Of a stretch of 57,985 bases of DNA, positions 8,832-17,337 are shown piece by piece. Location of the stretch: positions 1 through 57,985 of the forward strand of contig JBBSZC010000006.1 of NCBI GenBank assembly GCA_038044925.1, read 5' to 3'. Position 1 is the first letter of the stretch; the number at the start of each line of letters is the position of its first letter. The position numbers were made by a program, and so were the translations under genes. The notes below the pieces were generated by a model. The model saw only the letters and a program-made list of their open reading frames with translations, had not been told where the DNA came from and searched no databases. This DNA comes from Nanobdellota archaeon (GTDB lineage: Archaea > Nanobdellota > Nanobdellia > Pacearchaeales > GW2011-AR1).

Positions 8832-9071
8832 TTAGTTATCTGGGATCCTTGTCCTCTTAAAACCTTCATTAATATAATCTGACTTATTCAAAATTCTCCC
8901 TATACCTAAATAAATAACTCCTATAGCCCTCTCTGTTAAATCTTCAATTTGTTTTCTCTCTGAATGAGAATTAGGTAGGATATATCTAACTGGTTGGAGA
9001 GTTAGGTAAATTAAAGATCCGCCGATAAGTTCTAATGCTCCAATACCTATTCTTATTCCTATCTTTCTCAT
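8832..9071 (-). CDS. Hypothetical small membrane protein (79 aa) inserted between rpoE and spt4
   Basis: Its start overlaps the rpoE stop (ATGA-type 4-nt overlap). Two Gly-rich hydrophobic segments. Confidence 0.5.
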   Translation of the reverse strand: MRKIGIRIGIGALELIGGSLIYLTLQPVRYILPNSHSERKQIEDLTERAIGVIYLGIGRILNKSDYINEGFKRTRIPDN

Positions 9072-9679
9072 TTTTCTTTCTTCTCCTTTTTAGGTTTGTT
9101 TTCTCCTGCTTCTATTTTAGCAGCCTTTTTTGCTTCAATATCTTTCCTCTTTTGATCCTCTTTAATCCACTCTAATTTTCCCAGTCCTGGCTGCCTCATT
9201 GTTAATCCTATTTTTAATTCATCTCCTTTATGGCTTATTGCTACAACTCTTGCAAGAACATTGTCTCCTTTTTTTAATGCCCTTTTAGTTGTTTTTCCCA
9301 ATAGAGAGTTTGTTTTGCTGAATGAAACATAATCTTCCATTGTCTGGCTTATATGAACCATTCCCTGCATTACCCCTAAATCAATAAAAGCACCGAAAGT
9401 TGTTATTTCTGAAACTACTCCATAAATTATTTCTTGCAGTTCCGGCTTCCATATTAATAATTTGAAATTTGATTTGTAATATGCAGCGCCGTCTCCTGGG
9501 ATTAATACTCCTTCTCCAACACTTAAAACTTCAATAACAGCGACGACTTTTCCTAATTCCTTGTCATAGTAATCGGTATATGTTTCTCTTAGCTGTTTAT
9601 CAACAGCTTCTACAGTAGGAAAACCGAATAATTTCGGCTCTACTCTGACATGATCTTCAACTTCTGCTAAATAGAACAT
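9068..9679 (-). CDS. rpoE: DNA-directed RNA polymerase subunit E (Rpo7) with S1 domain
   Basis: MFYLAEVEDHVRVEPKLFG N-terminus and an S1-like GVVSEITTFGAFIDLG segment. Start moved to ATG 9679 by homology with Rpo7 N-termini. Confidence 0.85.
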   Translation of the reverse strand: MFYLAEVEDHVRVEPKLFGFPTVEAVDKQLRETYTDYYDKELGKVVAVIEVLSVGEGVLIPGDGAAYYKSNFKLLIWKPELQEIIYGVVSEITTFGAFIDLGVMQGMVHISQTMEDYVSFSKTNSLLGKTTKRALKKGDNVLARVVAISHKGDELKIGLTMRQPGLGKLEWIKEDQKRKDIEAKKAAKIEAGENKPKKEKKEK

Positions 9680-9817
9680 TTTAAATAAATCTATAAAAAA
9701 CATAATAAAAATCGGTTTAAAAAGCTTGTTGTGTACAGTATTTGTTCTTAAAACTGCAGGGTAAAGTATATTTTAGTAGATAATTAAGTTTTAAAATAGA
9801 TAAATTATAAGAAAATT

Positions 9818-10099
9818 ATGTTATTTACTATTTATAGAACAAGAGAATACACAGATGGTTGTTTAATACCTTCTTGGACTTTAACATACGACGAAGATAA
9901 ACAAAAGAGATTTCTTAAAGATGCAAAACTTAAAGGACTTGCAGAAAAAGCATTTAAGCAAACACAAATACCTCATCATGAAATTAGCCTTACTACATTA
10001 GGAGCAATGATTTTAGGTTCTAGACAAACTGATGAACCTGCTAGGTTACGGGATTTAAATAATTTTAGAAGGGATTATTATAAGTTTAGCGAGGATTAA
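9818..10099 (+). CDS. Hypothetical protein
   Basis: ORF only; no family recognised. Confidence 0.4.
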   Translation: MLFTIYRTREYTDGCLIPSWTLTYDEDKQKRFLKDAKLKGLAEKAFKQTQIPHHEISLTTLGAMILGSRQTDEPARLRDLNNFRRDYYKFSED

Positions 10100-10132
10100 A
10101 TCAATATACAATAAATTTAAAATAAATCTAAA

Positions 10133-10501
10133 TTATATAACTTCAAGCTTCTTTTTTCCTCTGATAACAAGTTTCTTGTTTTTGGTTTTGGATTTTATTT
10201 CTTTGTCAAGAGAGGCAATTATTATTTCTGGGTGAAATTTTGCATAGTTTATTATGGAATTATCTGTATTTTTTCCGGTTAATTTAATTATTTTTATCTT
10301 ATTGTTGTTTATTTTTATAAATGCCAATACTAGCTTTGCATTAATATGACTCTCTGCTAATCCATGCAGTTCATTAATTACTTTTTTTGGAATCAGGATG
10401 GAATATCCTTCTAAGTAGAGATAGTTCATAAAATCTATTTTTTGCTTTACACATGTTAAGATGAACGAGGTATCTAATAATGCTTTTTTATCTGAATTCA
10501 T
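10133..10501 (-). CDS. PIN-domain protein, Fcf1-like
   Basis: LLDTSFIL (Asp1), VINEL and ASLDKEI acidic positions in about 120 aa. The neighbourhood with rpoE/spt4 is typical of the archaeal Fcf1-like PIN protein. Confidence 0.6.
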   Translation of the reverse strand: MNSDKKALLDTSFILTCVKQKIDFMNYLYLEGYSILIPKKVINELHGLAESHINAKLVLAFIKINNNKIKIIKLTGKNTDNSIINYAKFHPEIIIASLDKEIKSKTKNKKLVIRGKKKLEVI

Positions 10502-10551
10502 GCCAATACTAAAATATCAAGCTTTAAATAATCTTTTTTCCTTGATATTTT

Positions 10552-11115
10552 ATGCAGGAAAAGGGGAATATTCTTAGGATACTGACTGAAGCAAAAACGG
10601 CGATAAAGGGGAATGACACTTTTAAACTCAAAGAGCTAAGCAACCAGACCATTCATACAGCATCAATAGCACAAGATCCTGATAATATTGCTATAGCTGT
10701 TATTATTTATTCTTTAAGCAAAATAATTGAGAGAGGATATGACGGAACAAAAAATAAATGCTCTAAACTCTGCAAAGATGTTATTTTTTCAATGAATGGG
10801 ATTATTGAAGGAATAAAAGAAAAGAATGATGTAAAGCTGAGAAATTCCATGGAGAGTTTAAGGAAAAAATTATTTAAGGTTTCCAGCAAAATGAAAGCAT
10901 ATATCCAAGATGTTTTTACCAAGGCTTCGATAAACAAGGCTTCCAAAATTTATGAACATGGTATTTCAATAGAGCAGACTGCTAAATTATTGGGGATAAC
11001 CATGTTTGAATTAGCCGGTTATGCTGGACAAAAGGGCGAACTTTCAGAAGAAAGATTTGGAGAAAAAACCAATGTTAAAGCCAGACTTAAACTTGCAATG
11101 GAGATGTTTGCATGA
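10552..11115 (+). CDS. Hypothetical protein with C-terminal UPF0175-like HTH
   Basis: The C-terminal ASKIYEHGISIEQTAKLLGITMFELAGYAG resembles the UPF0175 antitoxin-like fold. The N-terminal 120 aa is unassigned. Overlaps the next gene by 4 nt. Confidence 0.45.
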   Translation: MQEKGNILRILTEAKTAIKGNDTFKLKELSNQTIHTASIAQDPDNIAIAVIIYSLSKIIERGYDGTKNKCSKLCKDVIFSMNGIIEGIKEKNDVKLRNSMESLRKKLFKVSSKMKAYIQDVFTKASINKASKIYEHGISIEQTAKLLGITMFELAGYAGQKGELSEERFGEKTNVKARLKLAMEMFA

Positions 11116-11798
11116 AAGCAATAATTTTTGATTCTTCAACTTTGATAAGTTTTTCAATGAATGGGATGTTTGAAGAGTTGAGAAAATTGAAAAAGATGTT
11201 TGACGGAAAATTTTTAATAACTCTTGAGGTTAAAGGAGAAATTATTGACAAGCCTGTAACTATAAAAAAATATGAATTAGAAGCTTTAATGTTAAATCAG
11301 CTTTTAGAAGAAAAAGTTTTGGAGATGCCAGATTCTGTTGGAGTTGACAACAAGCAAATCTCAATAAAAACCAGGGAAATTTCTAATATCGCAAATAATA
11401 TTTTTATTGCTAATGGAAAGCCAATGACTTTGATAAGCGATGGTGAAACTTCTTGTCTGGCTTTGAGCAATATTCTGAATGATAAAAAAATAACAAATGT
11501 TATTGCAGTAGATGAGAGGACAACCAGGCTATTATGCGAAGACCCTATAGCTTTAAAGAAACTTTTTCAAAAAAGGTTTCATACAGGAATAAACTATAAA
11601 AAAGAAAATCAAAAGTTTTTAGGGAATTTCAAATTTATCAGGTCTGCTGAGCTGGTTTATGTTATTAATCAAAAAGAGCTGACATCTTTAAAAGATCCAA
11701 GGACATTGGACGCAATGATTTGGGCGGTTAGATTTAAAGGATGTTATATTTCTGATGATGAAATCAGAGAGATTGTAAGTTTAGGCAGAAAACATTAA
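11112..11798 (+). CDS. PIN-like domain protein (COG2405-like)
   Basis: IIFDSSTLI, EVKGEI, SDGETSCLAL and AVDERTTR give the four acidic positions in PIN order. Confidence 0.5.
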   Translation: MKAIIFDSSTLISFSMNGMFEELRKLKKMFDGKFLITLEVKGEIIDKPVTIKKYELEALMLNQLLEEKVLEMPDSVGVDNKQISIKTREISNIANNIFIANGKPMTLISDGETSCLALSNILNDKKITNVIAVDERTTRLLCEDPIALKKLFQKRFHTGINYKKENQKFLGNFKFIRSAELVYVINQKELTSLKDPRTLDAMIWAVRFKGCYISDDEIREIVSLGRKH

Positions 11799-11824
11799 AA
11801 ACACAATATTTCTTGATACTTTAT

Positions 11825-11895
11825 GGGTGCGTAGGCTAGTGGTAGACTATCTGGCTCCAGCCCAGAAGATGGGGGTTCGATTCCCTCCGTGCCCA
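11825..11895 (+). tRNA. tRNA-Trp (CCA), no intron
   Basis: Hand fold: acceptor gggtgcg/cgtgccc (two G-U pairs), anticodon arm tctgg-ctCCAgc-ccaga, T arm ggggg-ttcgatt-ccctc, discriminator A. The D stem has one mismatch. Confidence 0.8.
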
Positions 11896-11900
11896 TTTTT

Positions 11901-12467
11901 ATGATTGGAAAAGCAAATTATGAATTAATGGAAAGAATAGCCCGAGGAGATAGAGAAGCTTTTAGCGAATTTAGTGAACAATATCGTCAGGAGGTATATA
12001 AAAATGCCTTAAGATTTTGCCCTGAATATGCAGAGGATGTTACTCAAAGAGTATTTACTAAAATATGGATAAAAAGAAATTTTCCTCCTAAAGAAGAAAT
12101 ACTTTCATGGCTTTATGTAATAACTAAGAATGAATCTATAAGTGAGAAAAAGAGGTATTGGAATAAAAATGTTCTTTTAGAAAGTTCTGATGAAGAAATT
12201 GGAAAGATTCTAGAAAATCATCCCTCTAATCTTGATAATCCTAGAGAATATGCAATATCTCAAGAACAACACGAGTTCTTAGGGGATTCTTTTAATGAAT
12301 TAAAGCCTGAATTTAGAGCTGTTTTAATTGGATCTATAGAGGGAAAAAAATATCAGGAAATTGCAGAAGAACAAAAAATATCTATTAGAACAGTTAGGAG
12401 CAGATTAAACAGGGGAAAAATAGAATTAAAAAGAAAAATTAATAAAAGAAAAGATTTATTCGCTTAA
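11901..12467 (+). CDS. Bacterial-type ECF sigma-70 family protein
   Basis: Region 2-like RGDREAFSEFSEQYRQEVYKNALRF..AEDVTQRVFTKIW...WLYVITKNESI. Region 4-like LKPEFRAVLIGSIEGKKYQEIAEEQKISIRTVRSRLNRGKIELKRKI. The track start GTG 11889 lies inside the tRNA, so ATG 11901 is used. Confidence 0.75.
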   Translation: MIGKANYELMERIARGDREAFSEFSEQYRQEVYKNALRFCPEYAEDVTQRVFTKIWIKRNFPPKEEILSWLYVITKNESISEKKRYWNKNVLLESSDEEIGKILENHPSNLDNPREYAISQEQHEFLGDSFNELKPEFRAVLIGSIEGKKYQEIAEEQKISIRTVRSRLNRGKIELKRKINKRKDLFA

Positions 12468-12469
12468 AT

Positions 12470-13003
12470 TTATCTCTTTTTCTTTTTCCCTTTGGATTTT
12501 TTAGAAGTAACTCTTAATTTTACGTTAACTTTTTTGTTAGTCCAAGCCAAAAATCCTAAAACTACTAAATAAGCTATTATTATTATTCCCCCTATATTTG
12601 GGATAAATACCCCTAATAACAAAAGACTCAAGGCTCCTGGATAATGAAGTTTATCAAAAATTTTCCATGAAGAAATTATAATTAATATCCAAAGAGCAGC
12701 CCATCCAAATATAGGAACTAAAATTAAAAATGTTAAAGCCCAGTGAAATCCCCCTAAAATTAACACAAGAGAAATATTTGCTATAGGTATCCATGCAAGC
12801 CACGATTTTTTATAATTAAGCTTCTTTGCTATTTTACTCCAGACTAATGCTAAATAAACATATCCAATTATAGAAATAATTATTGCTATTATTAAAAATG
12901 CGGCTATAAATGCCATTGCAGCAGCAGGAATAGGCATATCTTTAAAAGAAGTAAAATTTTCCAAATAATTAATATTTCCCAATTTCTCTAAAAATATCCC
13001 CAA
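12470..13003 (-). CDS. Hypothetical integral membrane protein with poly-Lys tail
   Basis: Four hydrophobic helices; C-terminal KKSKGKKKKR. Confidence 0.5.
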   Translation of the reverse strand: MGIFLEKLGNINYLENFTSFKDMPIPAAAMAFIAAFLIIAIIISIIGYVYLALVWSKIAKKLNYKKSWLAWIPIANISLVLILGGFHWALTFLILVPIFGWAALWILIIISSWKIFDKLHYPGALSLLLLGVFIPNIGGIIIIAYLVVLGFLAWTNKKVNVKLRVTSKKSKGKKKKR

Positions 13004-13051
13004 TATTTCAACCTCTTTAATAGATGCTTTAAGATATTTTTATTTATAAAT

Positions 13052-13792
13052 CTATCTCAAATTCTTGATTTTTCCGAATTTTAAAATTTCCCTGTTTTCA
13101 ACAACAAAAACTTCAAAATTCCTGAGTTCTTTTTTTGGAAGAATAGAAAAAAAATTTTTATATTCATATTCTAGATTATTTATTGTTTGGCCTTCTATTG
13201 TTGTCAGGAAACTCGGAAGAATTATTATTTTTTTTGATTTGTATTTTCCAATTAAATAGCATTTGTATTTTTCTTTTCTCGAAGTGTGCTTGTCTATTAA
13301 AATTATTGAGGGGTGCAAATGGCCTAAAACAAGAGTTTTTATTTTATTGTCAAATATCTCTGGGAAAGATTCGTGTCCATGAAGAAAAGCAATGTCTTCT
13401 TTAATGTAATAATTTTTCATTTTTCCATAGGAGAAATCAATTGTATCATGATTCCCTTTTATGAATATAATTTTTGTGTTCGGAAGTTTTTCTTTTATGA
13501 ATTTTAAAATCTCATTAAAAGAATGCTTTTCTTTCCACTCAAAACCAAAAGAATGTTTTATATCCCCTAAAAAAACCAGTATTTTTATTTGAAGTTTTCT
13601 CTTTTCTATTTCCTTAAAAAGATTTTCAAATCCCTCTTTGAGTTCTTTTTTTTCTTTTAATGGAAAATCTACCCCTAAATTTTTAAGCATATGTTCATAA
13701 CCTAAATGAAGATCTCCGACTGCAAGAATTCCTTTTTCCTTAAAAAATATACATTTATCTATTAATAGGTATTTTGGTTTTGAATTTTGCAT
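13052..13792 (-). CDS. Calcineurin-like metallophosphoesterase
   Basis: GDLHLG, GDIKH, GNHD and GHLHP motifs in canonical order. Confidence 0.8.
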   Translation of the reverse strand: MQNSKPKYLLIDKCIFFKEKGILAVGDLHLGYEHMLKNLGVDFPLKEKKELKEGFENLFKEIEKRKLQIKILVFLGDIKHSFGFEWKEKHSFNEILKFIKEKLPNTKIIFIKGNHDTIDFSYGKMKNYYIKEDIAFLHGHESFPEIFDNKIKTLVLGHLHPSIILIDKHTSRKEKYKCYLIGKYKSKKIIILPSFLTTIEGQTINNLEYEYKNFFSILPKKELRNFEVFVVENREILKFGKIKNLR

Positions 13793-14282
13793 TAATGGAA
13801 GAGGAGAAAGGGGTATTTATAAATTGTATTTTTTTAAAAATATAATGGGGAGATAAAATCAGTAATAATAACTTCTATACTCCTAATTGCTGGTATATTA
13901 TCTGTATATTTTTTACCTTTTTTTCAGAGTTTAATTTTTATAATCAGAAAAATTTATATATATCAAAGTCTTGATTGTTTAATAAAAAAGAGATGGACAA
14001 TTCGGTTGCCTTGAAAATGGCATGACTATCAAAGCCTATGTCAGGTGTTCAGCTATTAATTTTGCGTCTGGACTATAACTCGCAAAACGAAATCTGCATC
14101 TGTTAAGCTTCGGAGGATGGCATGAAGAAGATAACCTTTAAAATATGTTGATAGGTTAAGATTGATTCAACAATTATTTAAGGAACTTTCTTCACCGAGT
14201 CCAGTTCTCTTTTTTATACAGAAAACAAACAGCATCCTTTTAGGGTGGGGTAGAACTCAGGGATTTTTTATATTCAGACAAA

Positions 14283-14453
14283 ATGAAAAAGAAAAGAAAA
14301 AAGAAGGCAGTAAAGAAGATAACAAAGAGCAGAGGAAGAAGAAAAAGCAGAGGTTCAAAGATATCTAAAGTAAAAAAACTAATAGCTCTTTCTAGAAAAA
14401 GAAAGAAAAAAGGCAATAAAAAAACAAAAGGAAAAAGGGGAAAGAGGCGCTGA
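14283..14453 (+). CDS. Possible very basic 56-aa protein (MKKKRKKKAVKKITKSRGRRKSRG...)
   Basis: ATG-initiated ORF below the track cutoff. It competes with the TTG-started track ORF 14162-14368 in another frame. Low complexity means neither is secure. Confidence 0.25.
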   Translation: MKKKRKKKAVKKITKSRGRRKSRGSKISKVKKLIALSRKRKKKGNKKTKGKRGKRR

Positions 14454-14877
14454 AAAATTAAATATTTCTAATACATTAATATTTTATGGTAGGTGGATGA
14501 ATTAAATTATTTATAATTGGAGAGGGGCAGAATATTTAAATGGAACTTATAGGCGGGATTGTTATAATAGATCTGTTAAAAATGAATTATTAAAACCTAT
14601 TTCTAAAGAAGAAAACATAATGGCAAAACCTTCTGACCTTGAGAAGAAGAAGTTAAGAGAGTAATTTAATATGGTCCTTTAATATAGAGAAAAAATAAAA
14701 AAGAAGCAAGGTGGAAAAAATATCCTGGAAAAGACAAATTAGAGAAACCCGTATCAAAATATGATTTTAGACTTTTTAATGAAGCAAAGACAAAAACCTT
14801 GGTCGAAGGGAACTACAATAAGGTATTAAAGAGATTCAGACAGATTGAGTGGTTTAAGTATAGAAAAGGTTAAAAAT

Positions 14878-15447
14878 ATGGTATTCTTGAGGCGATTTAT
14901 GAATGACAATAATGAAAAAATAAGAGAATCTGTTTTTGATTTAAAAAATAAGTATGGGAAGCATCTGGAAATAGCACAGAGTGTTGCTGAAAATCACCAT
15001 GACGCCTTTGCCTGGAATAAGTATGCTAGAAAAGCTGAAGAGATAAGAGAGAAAATGTTGAAAAAGATTAAAGGTTCTACAAATGAGGAGCTTGAAGAAA
15101 TTTTATGCAGTTATACAAAACAGCCAACTTCTGGAGATTATGCTGGATATGGGGATTTTAATGAAAGAGGAGCCAATTATATGTGGAATGGGCCAGAGAT
15201 TATGGTTCCAAATTATGAAGATAGCTTGAGACAAGGAGCATTAAAAGAAATAAAAAAAAGAATAAGGAAATCCAAGGATTCTGAATCCAGGGAACATTAT
15301 AAAGAAAGAATAAGATTTGCAAAAGAAAACATTCCTACAGAAAATCAACATCTTAAAGGGCTTTTGCTTAAGGTTGCTTTGATTGGAGCTACAATTGTCA
15401 GCTCAGTTGCAGGATGCGAGGCTTTGAAAAGGTATTTGGAAAATTAA
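14878..15447 (+). CDS. Hypothetical protein with C-terminal membrane anchor
   Basis: The first ATG in the ORF is at 14878; the track start at 14845 is TTG. Confidence 0.45.
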   Translation: MVFLRRFMNDNNEKIRESVFDLKNKYGKHLEIAQSVAENHHDAFAWNKYARKAEEIREKMLKKIKGSTNEELEEILCSYTKQPTSGDYAGYGDFNERGANYMWNGPEIMVPNYEDSLRQGALKEIKKRIRKSKDSESREHYKERIRFAKENIPTENQHLKGLLLKVALIGATIVSSVAGCEALKRYLEN

Positions 15448-15489
15448 GATGAAGATTAGGTTTTTATATGGAGAGTTCTTAGAATTTGA

Positions 15490-15705
15490 ATGGGGCATTC
15501 AAATTATCACCCGAGTTCGCTGTCTTTAATGAAAGAATGTCCGAGATGTTTCTGGCTTGCACAGCATAATGTATGGCAAAGACCTGCTGGAATATTCCCA
15601 AGTCTTCCTTCTGGAATGGATGCTATATTAAAGAAACACTTTGATAAATTCATGGAAAAGGTAATAATTATAAAACTTAAAAATCCATCTAATAAGACCA
15701 ATTAA
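15490..15705 (+). pseudogene. Probable N-terminal fragment of a PD-(D/E)XK (Cas4/RecB-like) nuclease
   Basis: HPSSLSLMKECPRCFWL..GIFPSLPSGMD resembles the N-terminal Cys-containing region of such nucleases. The ORF stops after 71 aa without the catalytic core. Confidence 0.3.
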
Positions 15706-15793
15706 TGTTACAAAGATATAGGAAAGTAACATTTAAATAACAAACTCTCTTATTTTTATAAAAGAGGGGCGAATGAGTATTTAATCATAAATC

Positions 15794-16084
15794 ATGGACG
15801 ATATAATTTGGGCTGGACTTCTTGGTGGTGTTGGGGGATTGACAAGAGGGGTTGTTGGCTTGCTGAAAGCTCTTTCTTTGAGAAGAAGAATTTTATGGGG
15901 ATATTATGCTCTGACTGTTGCTATTGCAATCATTATAGGAATCTTTACTGGAGTCATATTTAATTTTGATTCAAGACTCTCTTTATTAGCCGGTTATGCT
16001 GGAACAGATATTTTAGAAGGAATTTATAAGAGCTTTGCTGTTCAGAAAACATATGTAACAACAGCAAAAATTAGTAAAAAGTAG
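15794..16084 (+). CDS. Hypothetical Gly-rich membrane protein
   Basis: GLLGGVGGLTRGVVGLL plus a second hydrophobic helix. Confidence 0.45.
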   Translation: MDDIIWAGLLGGVGGLTRGVVGLLKALSLRRRILWGYYALTVAIAIIIGIFTGVIFNFDSRLSLLAGYAGTDILEGIYKSFAVQKTYVTTAKISKK

Positions 16085-16326
16085 AAAATTAAATCTATTA
16101 ACTAACTATGGATAAAAAATAATTGAAGGACGTTTTAGACCTGAATTTATCATGGAGCTTTTAGAAGCACAAAATGAGAAAACTATTAAAGTAGAAAACT
16201 TTGAGAGACATTATAAATAAACTTTAACACATCTAAACTAGAGTTAACATAAATTCGCGAATTATAATTAACACTTTTTCTTTAATCAAAAGCTTTATAA
16301 ACTTAAGTTTACATATATAAACTAAT

Positions 16327-16866
16327 ATGGATATATATAAACTAATATGGACACGATTGCAAAGCGAGATTTTTTCATTGCTTTGCTTAAGAGCGGGAGA
16401 AAAATTAAGCCAAAGAGAAATTGCAAAAATCCTTAATGTATCGCCAACTGCTGTGGCTAATTCTATAAAAAAACTAAAAGAAGATAATCTTATCAAAATT
16501 GAAAAAACAAAGACAATCAATTTTATTTCCCTTAATAGAGATGAGCAAAAAGCAATTGAATTAAAGAGGGCTGAAAACCTAAAAAATATCTATTTATCTG
16601 GATTGTCAGATTTTATCGAAAAAGAATTTGGAGGAGGAACTATAATTTTATTTGGAAGCTATTCAAATGGAAGTGATACTAATACATCAGATATAGACAT
16701 TGCCATAATAGGAAGAAAAGACAAGTTAATTGATTTAGAAAAATATGAAAAAATGTTAAACAGAAGGATAAATATAAACTTTTATAATTCGTTTAAAGCT
16801 ATACATAAATACCTAAAAAATAATATTTTAAATGGAATTTTAATCCATGGGGGTGTAGAATTATGA
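16327..16866 (+). CDS. wHTH-fused minimal nucleotidyltransferase (MNT-type antitoxin-like)
   Basis: N-terminal LSQREIAKILNVSPTAVANSIKKL HTH, then LFGSYSNGSDTNTSDIDIAI (GSx10-12DxD NTase motif). Confidence 0.75.
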   Translation: MDIYKLIWTRLQSEIFSLLCLRAGEKLSQREIAKILNVSPTAVANSIKKLKEDNLIKIEKTKTINFISLNRDEQKAIELKRAENLKNIYLSGLSDFIEKEFGGGTIILFGSYSNGSDTNTSDIDIAIIGRKDKLIDLEKYEKMLNRRININFYNSFKAIHKYLKNNILNGILIHGGVEL

Positions 16867-17315
16867 ATCTACTAAATAGTTTTGAATATTTTTTAGATAT
16901 GGGGATAGTAAGAAAAATAAGCAAAGATAAGTCAAGAGCTAGCTTCTTAGTAAAAGAATCCGGGAGTTCGTTAGAAGGATTAAAGGAGAGAATAAAGATT
17001 ATAGGTATAAATGATAAAAATGCAAATTCTATAATTAAAGATTGTTATGATATCATAATGGAGCTTATAAGAGCAAAACTTCTTTTGGACGGATATTATG
17101 CTTCTGGAAATTATGCCCATGAAGCAGAAATTTCTTATCTTAAAAAATTGAATTTTCTTGAAAAAGAAATTTTATTCTTAAACCAGTTAAGATCTTTTAG
17201 AAATTCAATTACTTATCGTGGAGAGATTTTTGACAAAGAATATGCTGAGAAAGTGTTTGACTTCTTAATTAAAATTATGCCTAAATTTAAAAACTTAAAA
17301 GATTTGAGTAGATAA
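16863..17315 (+). CDS. HEPN-domain protein (toxin-like partner of MNT)
   Basis: 4-nt overlap with the MNT gene, about 150 aa all-helical, with YAHEAE and LRSFRNSITY segments. The canonical Rx4-6H is not clear: Tyr sits where His is expected. Confidence 0.6.
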   Translation: MNLLNSFEYFLDMGIVRKISKDKSRASFLVKESGSSLEGLKERIKIIGINDKNANSIIKDCYDIIMELIRAKLLLDGYYASGNYAHEAEISYLKKLNFLEKEILFLNQLRSFRNSITYRGEIFDKEYAEKVFDFLIKIMPKFKNLKDLSR

Positions 17316-17337
17316 TAAAAGAGGTAAAAAATAAATC

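Noticed and set aside
11889-11900. GTG start of the sigma-like ORF
   Set aside because: It lies inside the 3' acceptor strand of tRNA-Trp. The ATG at 11901 gives a sensible N-terminus.
13990-14215. Possible SRP RNA or other known housekeeping ncRNA
   Set aside because: I could not find the conserved SRP helix-8 motifs or a convincing long-range fold. It is kept only as a low-confidence candidate inside the decayed-region finding.
14162-14368. TTG-started 68-aa ORF
   Set aside because: It has a non-ATG start, its first half lies in the putative ncRNA/terminator region, and its Lys/Glu-rich tail arises from a poly-purine tract. The ATG ORF at 14283 in another frame is equally weak, so neither is trusted.
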